Assembly (NCBI GenBank): GCA_965140585.1
Contig: OZ223267.1
Location: 416,001 to 480,000, forward strand
Direction: 5' to 3'
DNA length: 64,000 nt
Origin: Spirochaetia bacterium
GTDB taxonomy: Bacteria; Spirochaetota; Spirochaetia; UBA9216
This document shows, piece by piece, positions 1 to 10,600 of the stretch (the stretch's first letter is position 1; each line of letters starts with the position of its first letter). The notes beneath the pieces were generated by a model that saw only the letters and a program-made list of their open reading frames with translations, was not told the DNA's origin and searched no databases. A program made the position numbers and the translations under genes.

Positions 1-508
1 GGCTTTTGTAATTACTGCCAATCACCAGTCTCTTATAGATATTCTGCTTGTTTTCCGTCTTTTTTATCCGGTCAAAATGATTGCAAAAAAATCCCTGGCT
101 ATTGTTCCTGTAATCGGCTGGAACCTGTTTTTTTCTGGACATCTTTTAATCGATCGAAATAATAGAAAAAGCCAGTTTGATGCAATCAGAAAAATTGAAG
201 ATATTCTGGGCAACGGCGAATCCTTTCTTATTTTTCCGGAAGGAACCAGAACCCGTGATGGAAATATAGGTGAGTTCAAAAAAGGAGCATTCAGATCCGC
301 GGTGAATACAGGAACGCCGATTCTTCCTGTGATTATCGACGGTGCATTTCAGTCACTGCCCCCGAATAAATTTATTGCCAACGGTTTCAAGACAATAACA
401 ATAAATATTCTGCCGCCTATTGAAGTTACAAGTGATATGAAGATGTCGGATGTCTCCGAAAATTGCCGGAATAAAATGGTGCAAGAACTGGACCGTATGA
501 GGGGCTGA
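1..508 (+). CDS. plsC: 1-acyl-sn-glycerol-3-phosphate acyltransferase (5' truncated by window edge)
   Basis: The frame from nt 2 reads AFVITANHQSLIDI (NHxSxxD motif) and is in frame with ORF 77..508, which contains FPEGTR and FKKGAF. Confidence 0.9.
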   Translation, partial: AFVITANHQSLIDILLVFRLFYPVKMIAKKSLAIVPVIGWNLFFSGHLLIDRNNRKSQFDAIRKIEDILGNGESFLIFPEGTRTRDGNIGEFKKGAFRSAVNTGTPILPVIIDGAFQSLPPNKFIANGFKTITINILPPIEVTSDMKMSDVSENCRNKMVQELDRMRG

Positions 509-525
509 TTTATTTAAAAGCGAGT

Positions 526-1839
526 TTGAACTTGGCATGTCTTTCTGTTATAGTTTTATTAGATATGATAAGTTCCATTCAAATAAGTGATTTTTCAATT
601 TCTCTTTTAGTCACAGTAGGAATCAGATTTTTTGCATTTATTATGTTTATCGTAATGACATTACGGCAGCGTGAAAGTAAACATTTTATCATATCAGCTG
701 CCTGGTTAATATATATAATAGGGCCTATCATAGTACTGACTTCTTCAGATATGGTATCAGGATTTTCCAAACCATCTTTTGTTTTCTCTGCTTTATGCGC
801 AACAGGTTTTCTTGTATTCGGGCTGGTTCTTTATATATATAATCTGAAAGCGAAGTATGTCACAATAATTGCATTATCTATCACTGCCGCTGCTGCTGTT
901 TTTTCGCTTCTGCTTTCAGCTGAACAAACAACAATTACATCTTTGATTCAGTTCTTTTTCATATTTTTGTGTTTTGCATTTGTATTATTCAATAGAAAGT
1001 CGTTCAAATATGAAAGATCAAGTCTGAGTTTAGTCTGGTTTATTATTACTATCGTTCTTGCTCTTATACAGTCACTAGGCTTTAATCTTTTCCTTGATGA
1101 TGTTGCTATTTCGGTAAAATTAATCCTTACTGCTCTGATAAATCTTTCATTTATGGAGTTTCTGATCTTCCTTGACTGGGAGCAGATTCAGAAAGAGTAC
1201 AATAACTCTCTAAAGCAGAAGGAAATTCTTATTCAGGAAGTACACCATCGTGTAAAAAACAACCTCTCAATTATCAATTCAATATTAAGGCTGCAGGAAT
1301 CACATATAGATGATGAGGACAAGATTGAACTGCTGCAGAGTCTTGAAACAAGACTGAGCACAATGGCCATGGTGCACGATCAGCTGTACAGATCAAGTTC
1401 CAAAAAGGTTGTAGATTTTTCACTGTACATGATCGAGCTTACAGATTATCTTGCCACCTGCCTGAGTCTTCCTGACAGTTCTGTTTCGATTGAGCGGGAT
1501 ATTCAGCCGCTCAATCTTGATATCAATAAAATGATACCCTGCGGAATGCTTGTAAATGAAATTGTTACTAATTCGTTCAAACATGCTTTTTCCGGAATAG
1601 AATCACCTGTGCTTTCAATACAGACAAAAATGGATGATAAAGGATATTGTATAATCAGGATTGCAGACAACGGACGAGGCATGGATGATTCCGGGCAGCA
1701 GACATCTAAGAGTACAACAGGACGGGTTATTATTTCCGCCCTGGTTGAACAGCTTGAAGCGCAGGTGAAAATTAACAACATCGGAGGAACTGAGTACATT
1801 ATCAGTATCAGGAGCAATGAAAAACAAAAGACAGGCTGA
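526..1839 (+). CDS. Membrane-bound sensor histidine kinase (HisKA_2 type)
   Basis: Several N-terminal hydrophobic helices, an EVHHRVKNNL H-box, an NEIVTNSFKHAF N-box and a DNGRG G1 box. The start codon is uncertain. Confidence 0.88.
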   Translation: MNLACLSVIVLLDMISSIQISDFSISLLVTVGIRFFAFIMFIVMTLRQRESKHFIISAAWLIYIIGPIIVLTSSDMVSGFSKPSFVFSALCATGFLVFGLVLYIYNLKAKYVTIIALSITAAAAVFSLLLSAEQTTITSLIQFFFIFLCFAFVLFNRKSFKYERSSLSLVWFIITIVLALIQSLGFNLFLDDVAISVKLILTALINLSFMEFLIFLDWEQIQKEYNNSLKQKEILIQEVHHRVKNNLSIINSILRLQESHIDDEDKIELLQSLETRLSTMAMVHDQLYRSSSKKVVDFSLYMIELTDYLATCLSLPDSSVSIERDIQPLNLDINKMIPCGMLVNEIVTNSFKHAFSGIESPVLSIQTKMDDKGYCIIRIADNGRGMDDSGQQTSKSTTGRVIISALVEQLEAQVKINNIGGTEYIISIRSNEKQKTG

Positions 1840-2329
1840 TTTTTTAAATTATTCAATCGGACAGATCGGATATGTAGTTGAAGATCTATACAAAACAGTA
1901 AAGAATTACCATGAAAACTTCGGCGTAGGTAACTGGCAGATCTATACCTATGGACCGCCGCTTCTTAAGTTTATGAACTATATGGGAAAACCGGTAAGCT
2001 ATAAATCAAGGATAGCACTAAGTTACTTTGGAAATACAAGAATCGAAATCATTCAGAATCTCGAGGGCAGAACCGTCTATAGCGATTTTATCGAAAAACA
2101 CGGCTATGGTATTCAGCATCTAGGTATCTACGTTGAGGACATTACAGAGGAAATCCGAAAGGCGGAAGAGGCCGGCTTTTGCGTGCTGATGGAGGGCGGA
2201 GGTTTCGGTCCCGATGGTGACGGACATTTTGCTTATCTTGATACCGAAAAAGATCATGGAATCACCTTCGAACTGATTCAGCGTCCGCTAAGGAGATACG
2301 AGCCGGAGGATATCTACCCGGCAGAATAA
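1817..2329 (+). CDS. VOC/glyoxalase family protein (methylmalonyl-CoA epimerase-like)
   Basis: QIGYVVEDL, IEIIQ, GIQHLGIYVED and FELIQ metal-ligand pattern. Confidence 0.8.
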   Translation: MKNKRQADFLNYSIGQIGYVVEDLYKTVKNYHENFGVGNWQIYTYGPPLLKFMNYMGKPVSYKSRIALSYFGNTRIEIIQNLEGRTVYSDFIEKHGYGIQHLGIYVEDITEEIRKAEEAGFCVLMEGGGFGPDGDGHFAYLDTEKDHGITFELIQRPLRRYEPEDIYPAE

Positions 2330-2334
2330 TTCTT

Positions 2335-3234
2335 TTAATAGCCGTTTTGTATCAGCATTTGAACCACACGTAAGTAGAAATATAGGTAGTCGAAGTCAGA
2401 GTTAGGCAGAATATCAAGTCCGACAAGATCCGGGTGGTTGAGACTGCCTGGATAATCCATGTATTCATTTACTGTCCCCAGGTAGTCGCCCCATCTTGCA
2501 GAAGATACTGATATCATTCCGTCATTGGGGCCTTCTTTGAAGAAGATATACTCCCGAAGAAGGCTGAAAATAAAATGAAAATCATCATACCTCATTACTG
2601 CTGAATAAGAGAAATATGAAATTTCATCCAGATTCGGATATTTGGTATTGAAAATTTCCATCTCTTCAGTTCCCAGCTGTGTTATGGTTTTTATAAAATC
2701 CTGATCTCTGTCTCCGGCATATCCGGCAAGGGTATTCATTATGTATTCAAGTGAATAGCTGGTTGTAAGCGGATTGGAGGAAAAAAAATCGGCAACCGGA
2801 GTGCCTCTATGAGGAGTTGATACTGTTGTAATACTTGCAATTTTTCCGCGGGCCTGTGGAAGATAGGCCGCCAGTCTTGCATCAAGACCGCCCTTGGAAA
2901 ATGCAATTATATTCACCTTTTCCGATTCTGTTTTCAGACATATTTTTTCGATCTGTTTTGCAAGCCTTTCAGCGTTGGATTCAATACTTCCCAGCGCATC
3001 AATATCTGCAATATAGGCCGACATTCCTTTTTTGTTGAGGAAATTTGCGATAGGGAGGGCTGAGTTAGGATAGATGATATCGGAACGTTCAATGAAGCCG
3101 TGAACGATAATCATGGGATATTTCGTTTTTTCATATTCATGGAAGTCCACTGCTACGGCGGTACGAGGCAGCAGCAGTAAGCAAGCTGTAAAAATAATAT
3201 AATTTCTAAGTCTCATTAGCATAAGTCCTTTCAA
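2335..3234 (-). CDS. Secreted alpha/beta-hydrolase (lipase-like)
   Basis: Signal peptide, YPMIIVHG, nucleophile elbow AFSKGG, TPHRG, NDG and a C-terminal His. Confidence 0.85.
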   Translation of the reverse strand: MKGLMLMRLRNYIIFTACLLLLPRTAVAVDFHEYEKTKYPMIIVHGFIERSDIIYPNSALPIANFLNKKGMSAYIADIDALGSIESNAERLAKQIEKICLKTESEKVNIIAFSKGGLDARLAAYLPQARGKIASITTVSTPHRGTPVADFFSSNPLTTSYSLEYIMNTLAGYAGDRDQDFIKTITQLGTEEMEIFNTKYPNLDEISYFSYSAVMRYDDFHFIFSLLREYIFFKEGPNDGMISVSSARWGDYLGTVNEYMDYPGSLNHPDLVGLDILPNSDFDYLYFYLRVVQMLIQNGY

Positions 3235-3236
3235 AA

Positions 3237-4139
3237 TTAAAAGCCGTTTTCGGCGAGGTATTCAATGAGTTTTTCAAAAAATATTTCATGATCAAAGTCA
3301 TTGTTATGCGGTATGTTCAGCCCGACTACATCTGTATGACAGATATCAGTATCACAGTCTGAAAAGCAGTTTATAGTTCCAAGGTATTCTCCCCATGCTG
3401 CAGATTCCTCGGAAACGATTCCGTCATTGGGTCCCTCGACAGTAGCTACCAGGTCCCGGGAAGAGCCAAAAAAAACATGAAAGTAATCGCTTGAAACCGT
3501 TGAGGCAAAAGAATAATACTTTACTCCGGGAAAATCACTGCATATCATATTGAAAATTCTCATCTTGTCACGACCCATCTGATAAAGGCAGTCCGGATAG
3601 GCTTCTTTGCGGTCTCCAGCCAGTTTTCCGAAGGTGTTGATTAGAAATACTGATAATTTATTTGAGGTCAACCACCAGGTAGAAAAAAAGTCTATTGCAG
3701 TTGAACCCCGGTGCGGGGTTGCAAGAGTCGTAAGTGAAGCCGTATATGCCCCGGCACCCATAATTGAAACGGCGTATCTGGCATCTAAACCGCCCTTGGA
3801 ATAAGCTATTATATTAATCTTTTCCTTCCCTGGATTTTCCTTGAGAATTTCATCTATAGTCTGAGTTATGTAGTAAGCGTTATCCTCAATTTTTGCGAAG
3901 GCATCGGTATCAGCATAGTAAACGTTATACCCCTTCCTCCTTAGATGTTTTGTAAGATCCACAAGTGAATTGGGATAGGGGATAGTAGTACGTTCATTGA
4001 AGCCGTGAACAAGAAGGATTGGGTAGCGGGGCTGCCTGATTTCGGGTTCAGCAAGTTTTGCGGTAGTATTGCATGAAACGAGAAGAAGTGCTGTAAAAAG
4101 TATCAGTATTGATTTTACACGCCGCATTTTTAAACTCAA
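3237..4139 (-). CDS. Lipase-like alpha/beta-hydrolase, probable lipoprotein; paralog of the adjacent lipase
   Basis: LLVSC lipobox, YPILLVHG, AYSKGG, TPHRG and NDG. Confidence 0.85.
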   Translation of the reverse strand: MSLKMRRVKSILILFTALLLVSCNTTAKLAEPEIRQPRYPILLVHGFNERTTIPYPNSLVDLTKHLRRKGYNVYYADTDAFAKIEDNAYYITQTIDEILKENPGKEKINIIAYSKGGLDARYAVSIMGAGAYTASLTTLATPHRGSTAIDFFSTWWLTSNKLSVFLINTFGKLAGDRKEAYPDCLYQMGRDKMRIFNMICSDFPGVKYYSFASTVSSDYFHVFFGSSRDLVATVEGPNDGIVSEESAAWGEYLGTINCFSDCDTDICHTDVVGLNIPHNNDFDHEIFFEKLIEYLAENGF

Positions 4140-4197
4140 AGTATTTATAGCAGGAAATCGGATTTATAACTATAGGCTGGAAGCATTTGAATTTTTG

Positions 4198-5817
4198 CTA
4201 TACACGCGCAAGTTTTCCGATCAGTTTTCTTGTCGTGAAGTTCACAATAAAAACGATTATTACAAGAATTGTCGCTGTAGCGAATGCGTTTTCCATTGAT
4301 ATATTTTCACGGATCAGCAGGTACAGATGAACAGATAGTACCCTGATAGGAGAATTAAGACTTTTTATCAGACTCATATTACTGCCCATTGTAAACAGAA
4401 TAGCTGCTGTTTCACCTATGGCCCGGCCGATACCGAGAATAAGGCCTGTAAGTATTCCCGGCAGTGCAGTAGGAATAGCAACCCTTAGCACCGTTTCAAG
4501 TCTGGTTGCTCCGAGGGCAATACTTCCGTCTTTCAGGTCTTTTGGAACACTTTTTAGGGCTTCCTCGCTTGTCCTGATAATTGTTGGTAGAATCATAAGG
4601 GTTAATGTCAGAGAACCTGAAATCAAACCTGTTTTAAGTCCCAGAAACTGTGAGAAAAAGACTAGTCCGAATAAGCCGAATATGATTGACGGAATTCCTG
4701 CCAGGGTTTCTGTTCCTACTCTGAAGGCGTTCAGCAGCGGACCCTGTTTTGCATACTCAACCAGGTATATTGCAGCACCGACGCCGATTATGCCGGCAAG
4801 AACTGTTACCGCAATCACCATTACTATGGTGTTTATAATGATGCTGCTAATTCCGCCCACTGCGCCTGCCCGGCTGGGCGGTGTGACAAAGAAAGATGGT
4901 TTGAGGTTTATTTTATTTTTGAAAAACTTTGTCTCAAGCAGTTCAAGTTTCATGTAATCAGCATCTGAGGCTGTCACCAAGCTTACTGCACCTTCAGTAG
5001 TATTTAAAATATTCTGAAGTTCGGAGATATTTTCTGCGCGTATCATTTCCGCCTGAAAAACAGAAGATCCCATCAATTCAGAAAGATAATCTGCAGAGGG
5101 ATAGCTTCTGTCAGAAAGTATCACCGGAATAACCGGAACATCAGGACCTCCGAGCTCTGACCAGCGTAAATCTTTATCTGCAAAAAGTCGTGTAAGCATT
5201 TTATCTGTAGGCTCAATTCTTTTAAAGCGGCGCCCGTCAATCAGTTCTGTCAGACCGGGATTGACTGCAATTGAATAAGGCCTTATACGGATAATTTTTA
5301 AGTTCTCCGGCAGATTTTCGGAATATTCGGAGGGAATTATTGCTATTCCGCCTGCTGCCAAACCGGTATCCCTGAGTAATTCTTCAAGGCTGGTTTTCTT
5401 TAGGGTGTTTTTATCTGTGTCATAGTTTTCAAGATTAAGATAACCGGCAGTCTGGATAATAAAGCTATTTTCATCAAGGATAAATGAACTGATACGCAGG
5501 TTCTGTCCGGTTATGTATCCCCAATAGCTGTTTTCTCCACTGTAAATTTCTTTAAGCTGTGAATATGTCAATTCATCTATATTCAGTTTTTCTCCAGCAA
5601 TTACTGTAAACAGCTGGGACCCGGTCATAAGGACAGATTCTTCAGATTTTATCAGCGCTGTTGAAAGATCCGCTTTCCTGTAAACAAGGCCGTTGAAAAT
5701 GATGTATCCTACAATGCAGACAAGAACTGCGAAAGTAACAAATGCTGCAGAATATATCGCAGTCTTTGCGGCTGTCTGCTGAGCCCTGACCTTTCCTGTG
5801 TTTGAGTGTCCTATCAT
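4198..5817 (-). CDS. pstA: Phosphate ABC permease PstA with a large periplasmic insertion
   Basis: The C-terminal half has GAAIYLVEYA, LAGIPSIIFGLFG, the EEALKSVP...ALGAT EAA motif and GRAIGETA. About 260 extra aa follow TM1. Confidence 0.9.
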   Translation of the reverse strand: MIGHSNTGKVRAQQTAAKTAIYSAAFVTFAVLVCIVGYIIFNGLVYRKADLSTALIKSEESVLMTGSQLFTVIAGEKLNIDELTYSQLKEIYSGENSYWGYITGQNLRISSFILDENSFIIQTAGYLNLENYDTDKNTLKKTSLEELLRDTGLAAGGIAIIPSEYSENLPENLKIIRIRPYSIAVNPGLTELIDGRRFKRIEPTDKMLTRLFADKDLRWSELGGPDVPVIPVILSDRSYPSADYLSELMGSSVFQAEMIRAENISELQNILNTTEGAVSLVTASDADYMKLELLETKFFKNKINLKPSFFVTPPSRAGAVGGISSIIINTIVMVIAVTVLAGIIGVGAAIYLVEYAKQGPLLNAFRVGTETLAGIPSIIFGLFGLVFFSQFLGLKTGLISGSLTLTLMILPTIIRTSEEALKSVPKDLKDGSIALGATRLETVLRVAIPTALPGILTGLILGIGRAIGETAAILFTMGSNMSLIKSLNSPIRVLSVHLYLLIRENISMENAFATATILVIIVFIVNFTTRKLIGKLARV

Positions 5818-5818
5818 A

Positions 5819-6724
5819 TCAGCTGTTCCTTATCGTTCTCTGGTGAGATATAACCTGAGTAATTATATTCAGGGCGAGGATGAAAAAGAAAAGAACTATA
5901 GCAGTGGTAAAAAGAGCTACCCGGTGGTCATCTCCGGCATAGCCCATATCGTTGACTATTGCCATGGTCATTGTTCTTACCCGTGATTTAAGACCCTCCA
6001 TCGGCATAGTCGGCTGATTTCCGGCAACCATGAGCACTGCCATTGTTTCCCCTATTGCGCGTCCCATTCCTAGTATTATTGCTGTAACTATTCCGCTTCT
6101 GGCCGATGGAAGCACTATCTTCCATATAGTCTGCCAATGGGTAGCTCCGGTTGCAAAAGACCCGTCTTTAAATTTCTGCGGGACGGCCTGTATTGAAACA
6201 GTTGAAATATTTACTATGGTCGGCAGTGTCATTATTCCAAGAATTATCATTGCAGAGAAGGCGTTGTAGTTGATAATCGGATCAGTTGAATGTGCCAGGA
6301 ACCTGCCGATCATCATTACCCCGAAAAAGCCGTATACAACGCTGGGTATGCCGGCAAGCATTTCAGTTACGCTTATCAGAAATCCTTTCATCCGGGCTCC
6401 TGACAGTTCTGCGATGAATATTGCTACTGCTATCCCTACAGGTACCGAAATGACCAGAGCCCCGGCTGTAACCATCAGGGATGAGACAATAAAGGGAAGT
6501 ATTCCGAAAAGCGGAGGCTTGTCGGTGGGATACCAGTCTTTCCCGAACAGAAAATCGGACACTGAGGGCGGGGTATTTCCGGCTTCTGATGTGAAAAAAA
6601 GAGGAAGTCCTTCACTTATAATAAAAGCCGTAATGAATATTACACTTATAACGGCTGTCGCCGCGAAGATAATCAGAATAACTTTTACTCCTGATTCAAA
6701 AGTTACTCTCTGCTTACTGTTCAA
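5819..6724 (-). CDS. pstC: Phosphate ABC permease PstC
   Basis: FLFGKDWYP, FGILPFI, LAGIPSVVYGFFG and GRAIGETMAVLMVAGN. TTG start. Confidence 0.93.
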   Translation of the reverse strand: MNSKQRVTFESGVKVILIIFAATAVISVIFITAFIISEGLPLFFTSEAGNTPPSVSDFLFGKDWYPTDKPPLFGILPFIVSSLMVTAGALVISVPVGIAVAIFIAELSGARMKGFLISVTEMLAGIPSVVYGFFGVMMIGRFLAHSTDPIINYNAFSAMIILGIMTLPTIVNISTVSIQAVPQKFKDGSFATGATHWQTIWKIVLPSARSGIVTAIILGMGRAIGETMAVLMVAGNQPTMPMEGLKSRVRTMTMAIVNDMGYAGDDHRVALFTTAIVLFFFILALNIITQVISHQRTIRNS

Positions 6725-6745
6725 TAGTTAATCTCCTGATGGCTT

Positions 6746-7585
6746 TTAGTTAAGCGGAATGTATTTAACGTCTGAAATTATCTGCTGGCCGCGTGAACTT
6801 AAAATGAATTCGATAAAAACAGATGCATCACCTTCGGGATCACCATAGCTTACAAAACTAAGCGGTCTTACTATGGGGTATTTTCCTGTTATTACATTCT
6901 CAGGAGAGTTTTTTATACCGTTAACAGTAATGGCTTTTCCGCCAGAGGCTTCAAGCCTGTCTATGATTGCAAGTGAACCATAGCCGATGGAATAGGGGGT
7001 TTGTGCTACCATCGTGGCCATGTTGCCGTTACTTTCAGTAACAAGGGCGTTTCGTGTGAATCTGCCGTCATCACCGTATACACGTTCAAGTACCAGTTCT
7101 TCAAATGCTCCGAGTGTTCCGGAAGCTTCATCACGGTTTACAACTATTATATTCTGATCTGGTCCGTTAAAGTAATTCCAGTTTGTAATCTCACCGACAA
7201 AAATACCTGCAAGGTCTTCGATTGAAATATCATCGATAGGTACAGTTTCGTTTACTATAATTGTAAGACCGTCCAGCGCAATATTAGTAAGAACAGCGCC
7301 CTGTTCAATTTCACTCAAAAGCAATGCACGGGACGCCGCTCCAAGATCGTAAGTCCCGTTGAGAATCCCGCGGATACCGGCAGTTGACCCCGTGGCATCG
7401 TATGATAGCTCCGCATCAGGATCGATCTCATTGATGTATATTTCAATAGCACTTGTGATAATTGGTTCTACTGTGGTTGATCCTCCCATCGAAAGCCTGA
7501 TGGATGAACCTCCTTCACCCTGTCCTCCGGCAAAGGCTGTTGAAGAGGATAAAATTAATAGGCATACTGCCAATATTTTTTTCAT
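6746..7585 (-). CDS. pstS: Phosphate ABC substrate-binding protein PstS
   Basis: GSTTV, TGSTAG, ASR, NRDEASGT and YPIVRPL motifs. Spirochaete-type signal (FAGGQGE); ATG at 7585 with an AGGAG RBS. Confidence 0.92.
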   Translation of the reverse strand: MKKILAVCLLILSSSTAFAGGQGEGGSSIRLSMGGSTTVEPIITSAIEIYINEIDPDAELSYDATGSTAGIRGILNGTYDLGAASRALLLSEIEQGAVLTNIALDGLTIIVNETVPIDDISIEDLAGIFVGEITNWNYFNGPDQNIIVVNRDEASGTLGAFEELVLERVYGDDGRFTRNALVTESNGNMATMVAQTPYSIGYGSLAIIDRLEASGGKAITVNGIKNSPENVITGKYPIVRPLSFVSYGDPEGDASVFIEFILSSRGQQIISDVKYIPLN

Positions 7586-7607
7586 CTTGTTTCTCCTTAA
7601 AAAGTTA

Positions 7608-10600
7608 TTAAAAATCAAGTTTGCCGCTTACTGTAAAGCTGCGTCCTTTTTTTTCTTCGTTTACTATCAGATCTCCGACTGTTTCAGTAGCAGGAAGATC
7701 GAGGATATTTTTAAATTTAAATCCCATTGAAAAAAACTCATTGAATGAATGTTTGGCTACAAGGTCCAGCTGATGAAAGGGCTGCTCGTAGTAGTCCGGA
7801 CTGCCGTCTTTTCCGATGCGAGAGATCCGCGGGCCGAATACATTGTAGTTGAGATATATACTCGTATGACTGTCGTAATCCATTGACCATGATACGGCAT
7901 TTTTATAACCAAACGAGACATTCAGTATCCAGGGAGACTGGCCCTGAAGCGCTCTCTGTGCATTTGTATTTGTACCCTGTTCGCCTTCATAGTCAATCAT
8001 TGAATAGATGTAGGAAAAATTTCCTGAGGTATTCATATCTCTGAAAAGAGAAGCCGTTCCCGCAAGGGCTTTCCTTATTTCCTTCGGAGGCCTTGCCCTG
8101 CTGATGTATGAACGAATACCGTCTGAGATATATCGAAGGCTGAGCTGCCATTCAAGTTCTCCGCCGATATTATAGGCGCTCGGAACATTTGCCAGAGTCG
8201 TTGAATCGGCTGCACCGGCTATGGATACAATTTCAATTGCATCAGTAAAGTGCTTGTAGAATCCGCCGATTGACAGGCTTTCCTGTTCTGCAATGTAGTA
8301 TTCAAGCCTTGTATCCGCGTTCCATATTTTTGCTTCCTGCAGGTCCGGATTTCCCTTGAAAACGCCTGAACCGGCAACATCATATTTTGGAGCGTCTGAA
8401 AGTTCCCGCAGATCCGGTCTGTTTACGGTTTTACTTCCGCTGGTACGGAATTGAAAACGTTCTCCAAGAGGTAAAGTCAGATTTAAAGCGGGAAGTATAT
8501 CAAGAACCTGGAGCTCTGCTGCAGATTCCGTGTCCCCGAAAAGATAGTAAGTTTCAACATCCTGTTTTGAATATTCAGCCCTGAGTCCGGCATTTGTCCG
8601 CAGATAATTAAAAAGAAGCAGGTCAGTGTTGAAGTATCCGGCTGCTATTAAATGTGAACCTCTGTAGTTATCGGTTTTCTCTGTGTATTCTGCGAAGTTG
8701 AATTCTTCATTAATATATTCTTCAATGAACAATTCATCAGGACTAAGAGAAAGATCTATCGCCGTATCATCCGAAGGCCCGAAAGCGAAGCGCCGTACAT
8801 CGGCCTCTCTGGTTTGATACATAAACTGAGTACCGACATCAAAGTAATCTGCTGAATCATTTCCAAGGAAAAAAAAACGGTATTTCCAGTTCAAGTTTTG
8901 CATCATGTATCATGTCATTAACTGTTGCATAGCACTGTGACGCCGCGTTGCTTCGGGGGTAAACTGAATATTCGGAAGATTCATCATCTGCATTTTTAGC
9001 ATAAATAATTTCACTGGTCCCCGGCTCATATCGGTTGGCCATTGAGAAGGTATACTGCCAGTTAAGATCAGGTTCTGTCAAAAAATCAAATCCTGCCATG
9101 CCCGCAATCCGCTGGCTTATGAGTGTCGATTCGATCCAGGAAATGTTGAATACGTTCAAATCAAGACTGTCGCTGCTGAAGTAACCGGAATAATTTTCAA
9201 TTTCATTGTCGGTGGTTCTGACAAGAAGTGTCGTTGATTCAAAGTTCAGATTATCATTAACCTTGTAGCCCATATCGTAAAGTGCGCCGATATCAATATT
9301 CCGGCTGGTTGAGACGGCATCATAATCATAATAAATTGCTTCCTGACTTACATCTGAATAATTTTTTATTGAGTATGCTGAGGTGTCCCAGTCGTTTTTA
9401 TAGGACAGAGATAGATTCCATCCCAGCGAGGCGTCATCCTCAAATTCCACCTTGTCTCTGAATGATACAGATGCAGAAATATCCGGCCAGATAATTCCGG
9501 TCGTACCGTCCCAGTCCTGGGGAAGAGACTCGGCAATAGTCTCAATTTCCTCCTCTGTGTAATCCGCAGAAAATATTGAAGACGACTCGGTTACCTGCTC
9601 ATCGTGAATAAGTTCTGACAGTTCCCTATCTCCGTCATCAAAGCCCAGCCAGTCAAATACTCCTGCCGTGTCAACCATCTGTTCTGTAAAGGTGCTGTCG
9701 GCATCGTATCCTATTGAAAAATTATATGTTGTCCTGAGTCTTCGTTTATATCGATCTTCCGGAATTCCGGAAGTCCTTAGGCTTACCGTTCCGCCTGCAA
9801 AATCTCCGAAAAGATCAGGGGAAAAAGATTTCTGTATCGACATACTCTCGATTACACTTGTCGGAAAGAGATCAAGAGGGACAACCCGTTTATCTATTTC
9901 AGGGCTCGGAAGTCTTGCTCCGTTCAGATATGAAGAAGAATATCTTTCTCCCATTCCACGTATATATACATATTTCCCGTCTACTACTGTAAGGCCGGTA
10001 ACCCTGCTTAATGCTCCGGCAGCATCGGAATCGCCGGAATGTGAGATTTGCTCAGCTCCAATCAGGTTCATAACGACGCTTGAATTTTTAGTTTCATCAA
10101 GTAGGTCTGCAATGCCGCCCTTTACCCTGATATCATCGGATGCAAAAACGGTAACTGCTTCAATGGTAATAGCGGAGGGTGTAAGGCTGACTTCAATATC
10201 CTGCTTTTCATCTGCGGTTATTTTAATTCCATCTATTGTTCTTGATGAAAAATCAGGGTGAATTATTGATATTGAATATTCACCTTCCGGAACCTCCGCA
10301 ATGAACCGCCCTGTATCTCCTGTATTACTTTCAAAGGCGATTCCCTTGAATATTACAGTTGCTTTTTTAATTATTTCTCCCTTTTCTATATCCCGGACAA
10401 TTCCGGACAGTATTCCGGTTTTCCCGGTAAAGCCGCCTGTCTTTTTTTCAGAGCTGTCGGATTCTCCGTTACCGGAACTGTTCTCAGTCTCATTAAAAAC
10501 TACTGTTTCATTGTCTGAAACAGTAATCAGTGCCTCCATAACAAGACCGGCTCTTACCGGAATTGTAATTACTGCAGCCTTCCGTCCTTTATAAAAAAGC

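Noticed and set aside
4418-4957. Long antisense ORFs (also 6270..6731, 9668..10261, 23765..24271, 27947..28435 and similar)
   Set aside because: They are shadows of well-supported genes on the opposite strand, with no motifs of their own.
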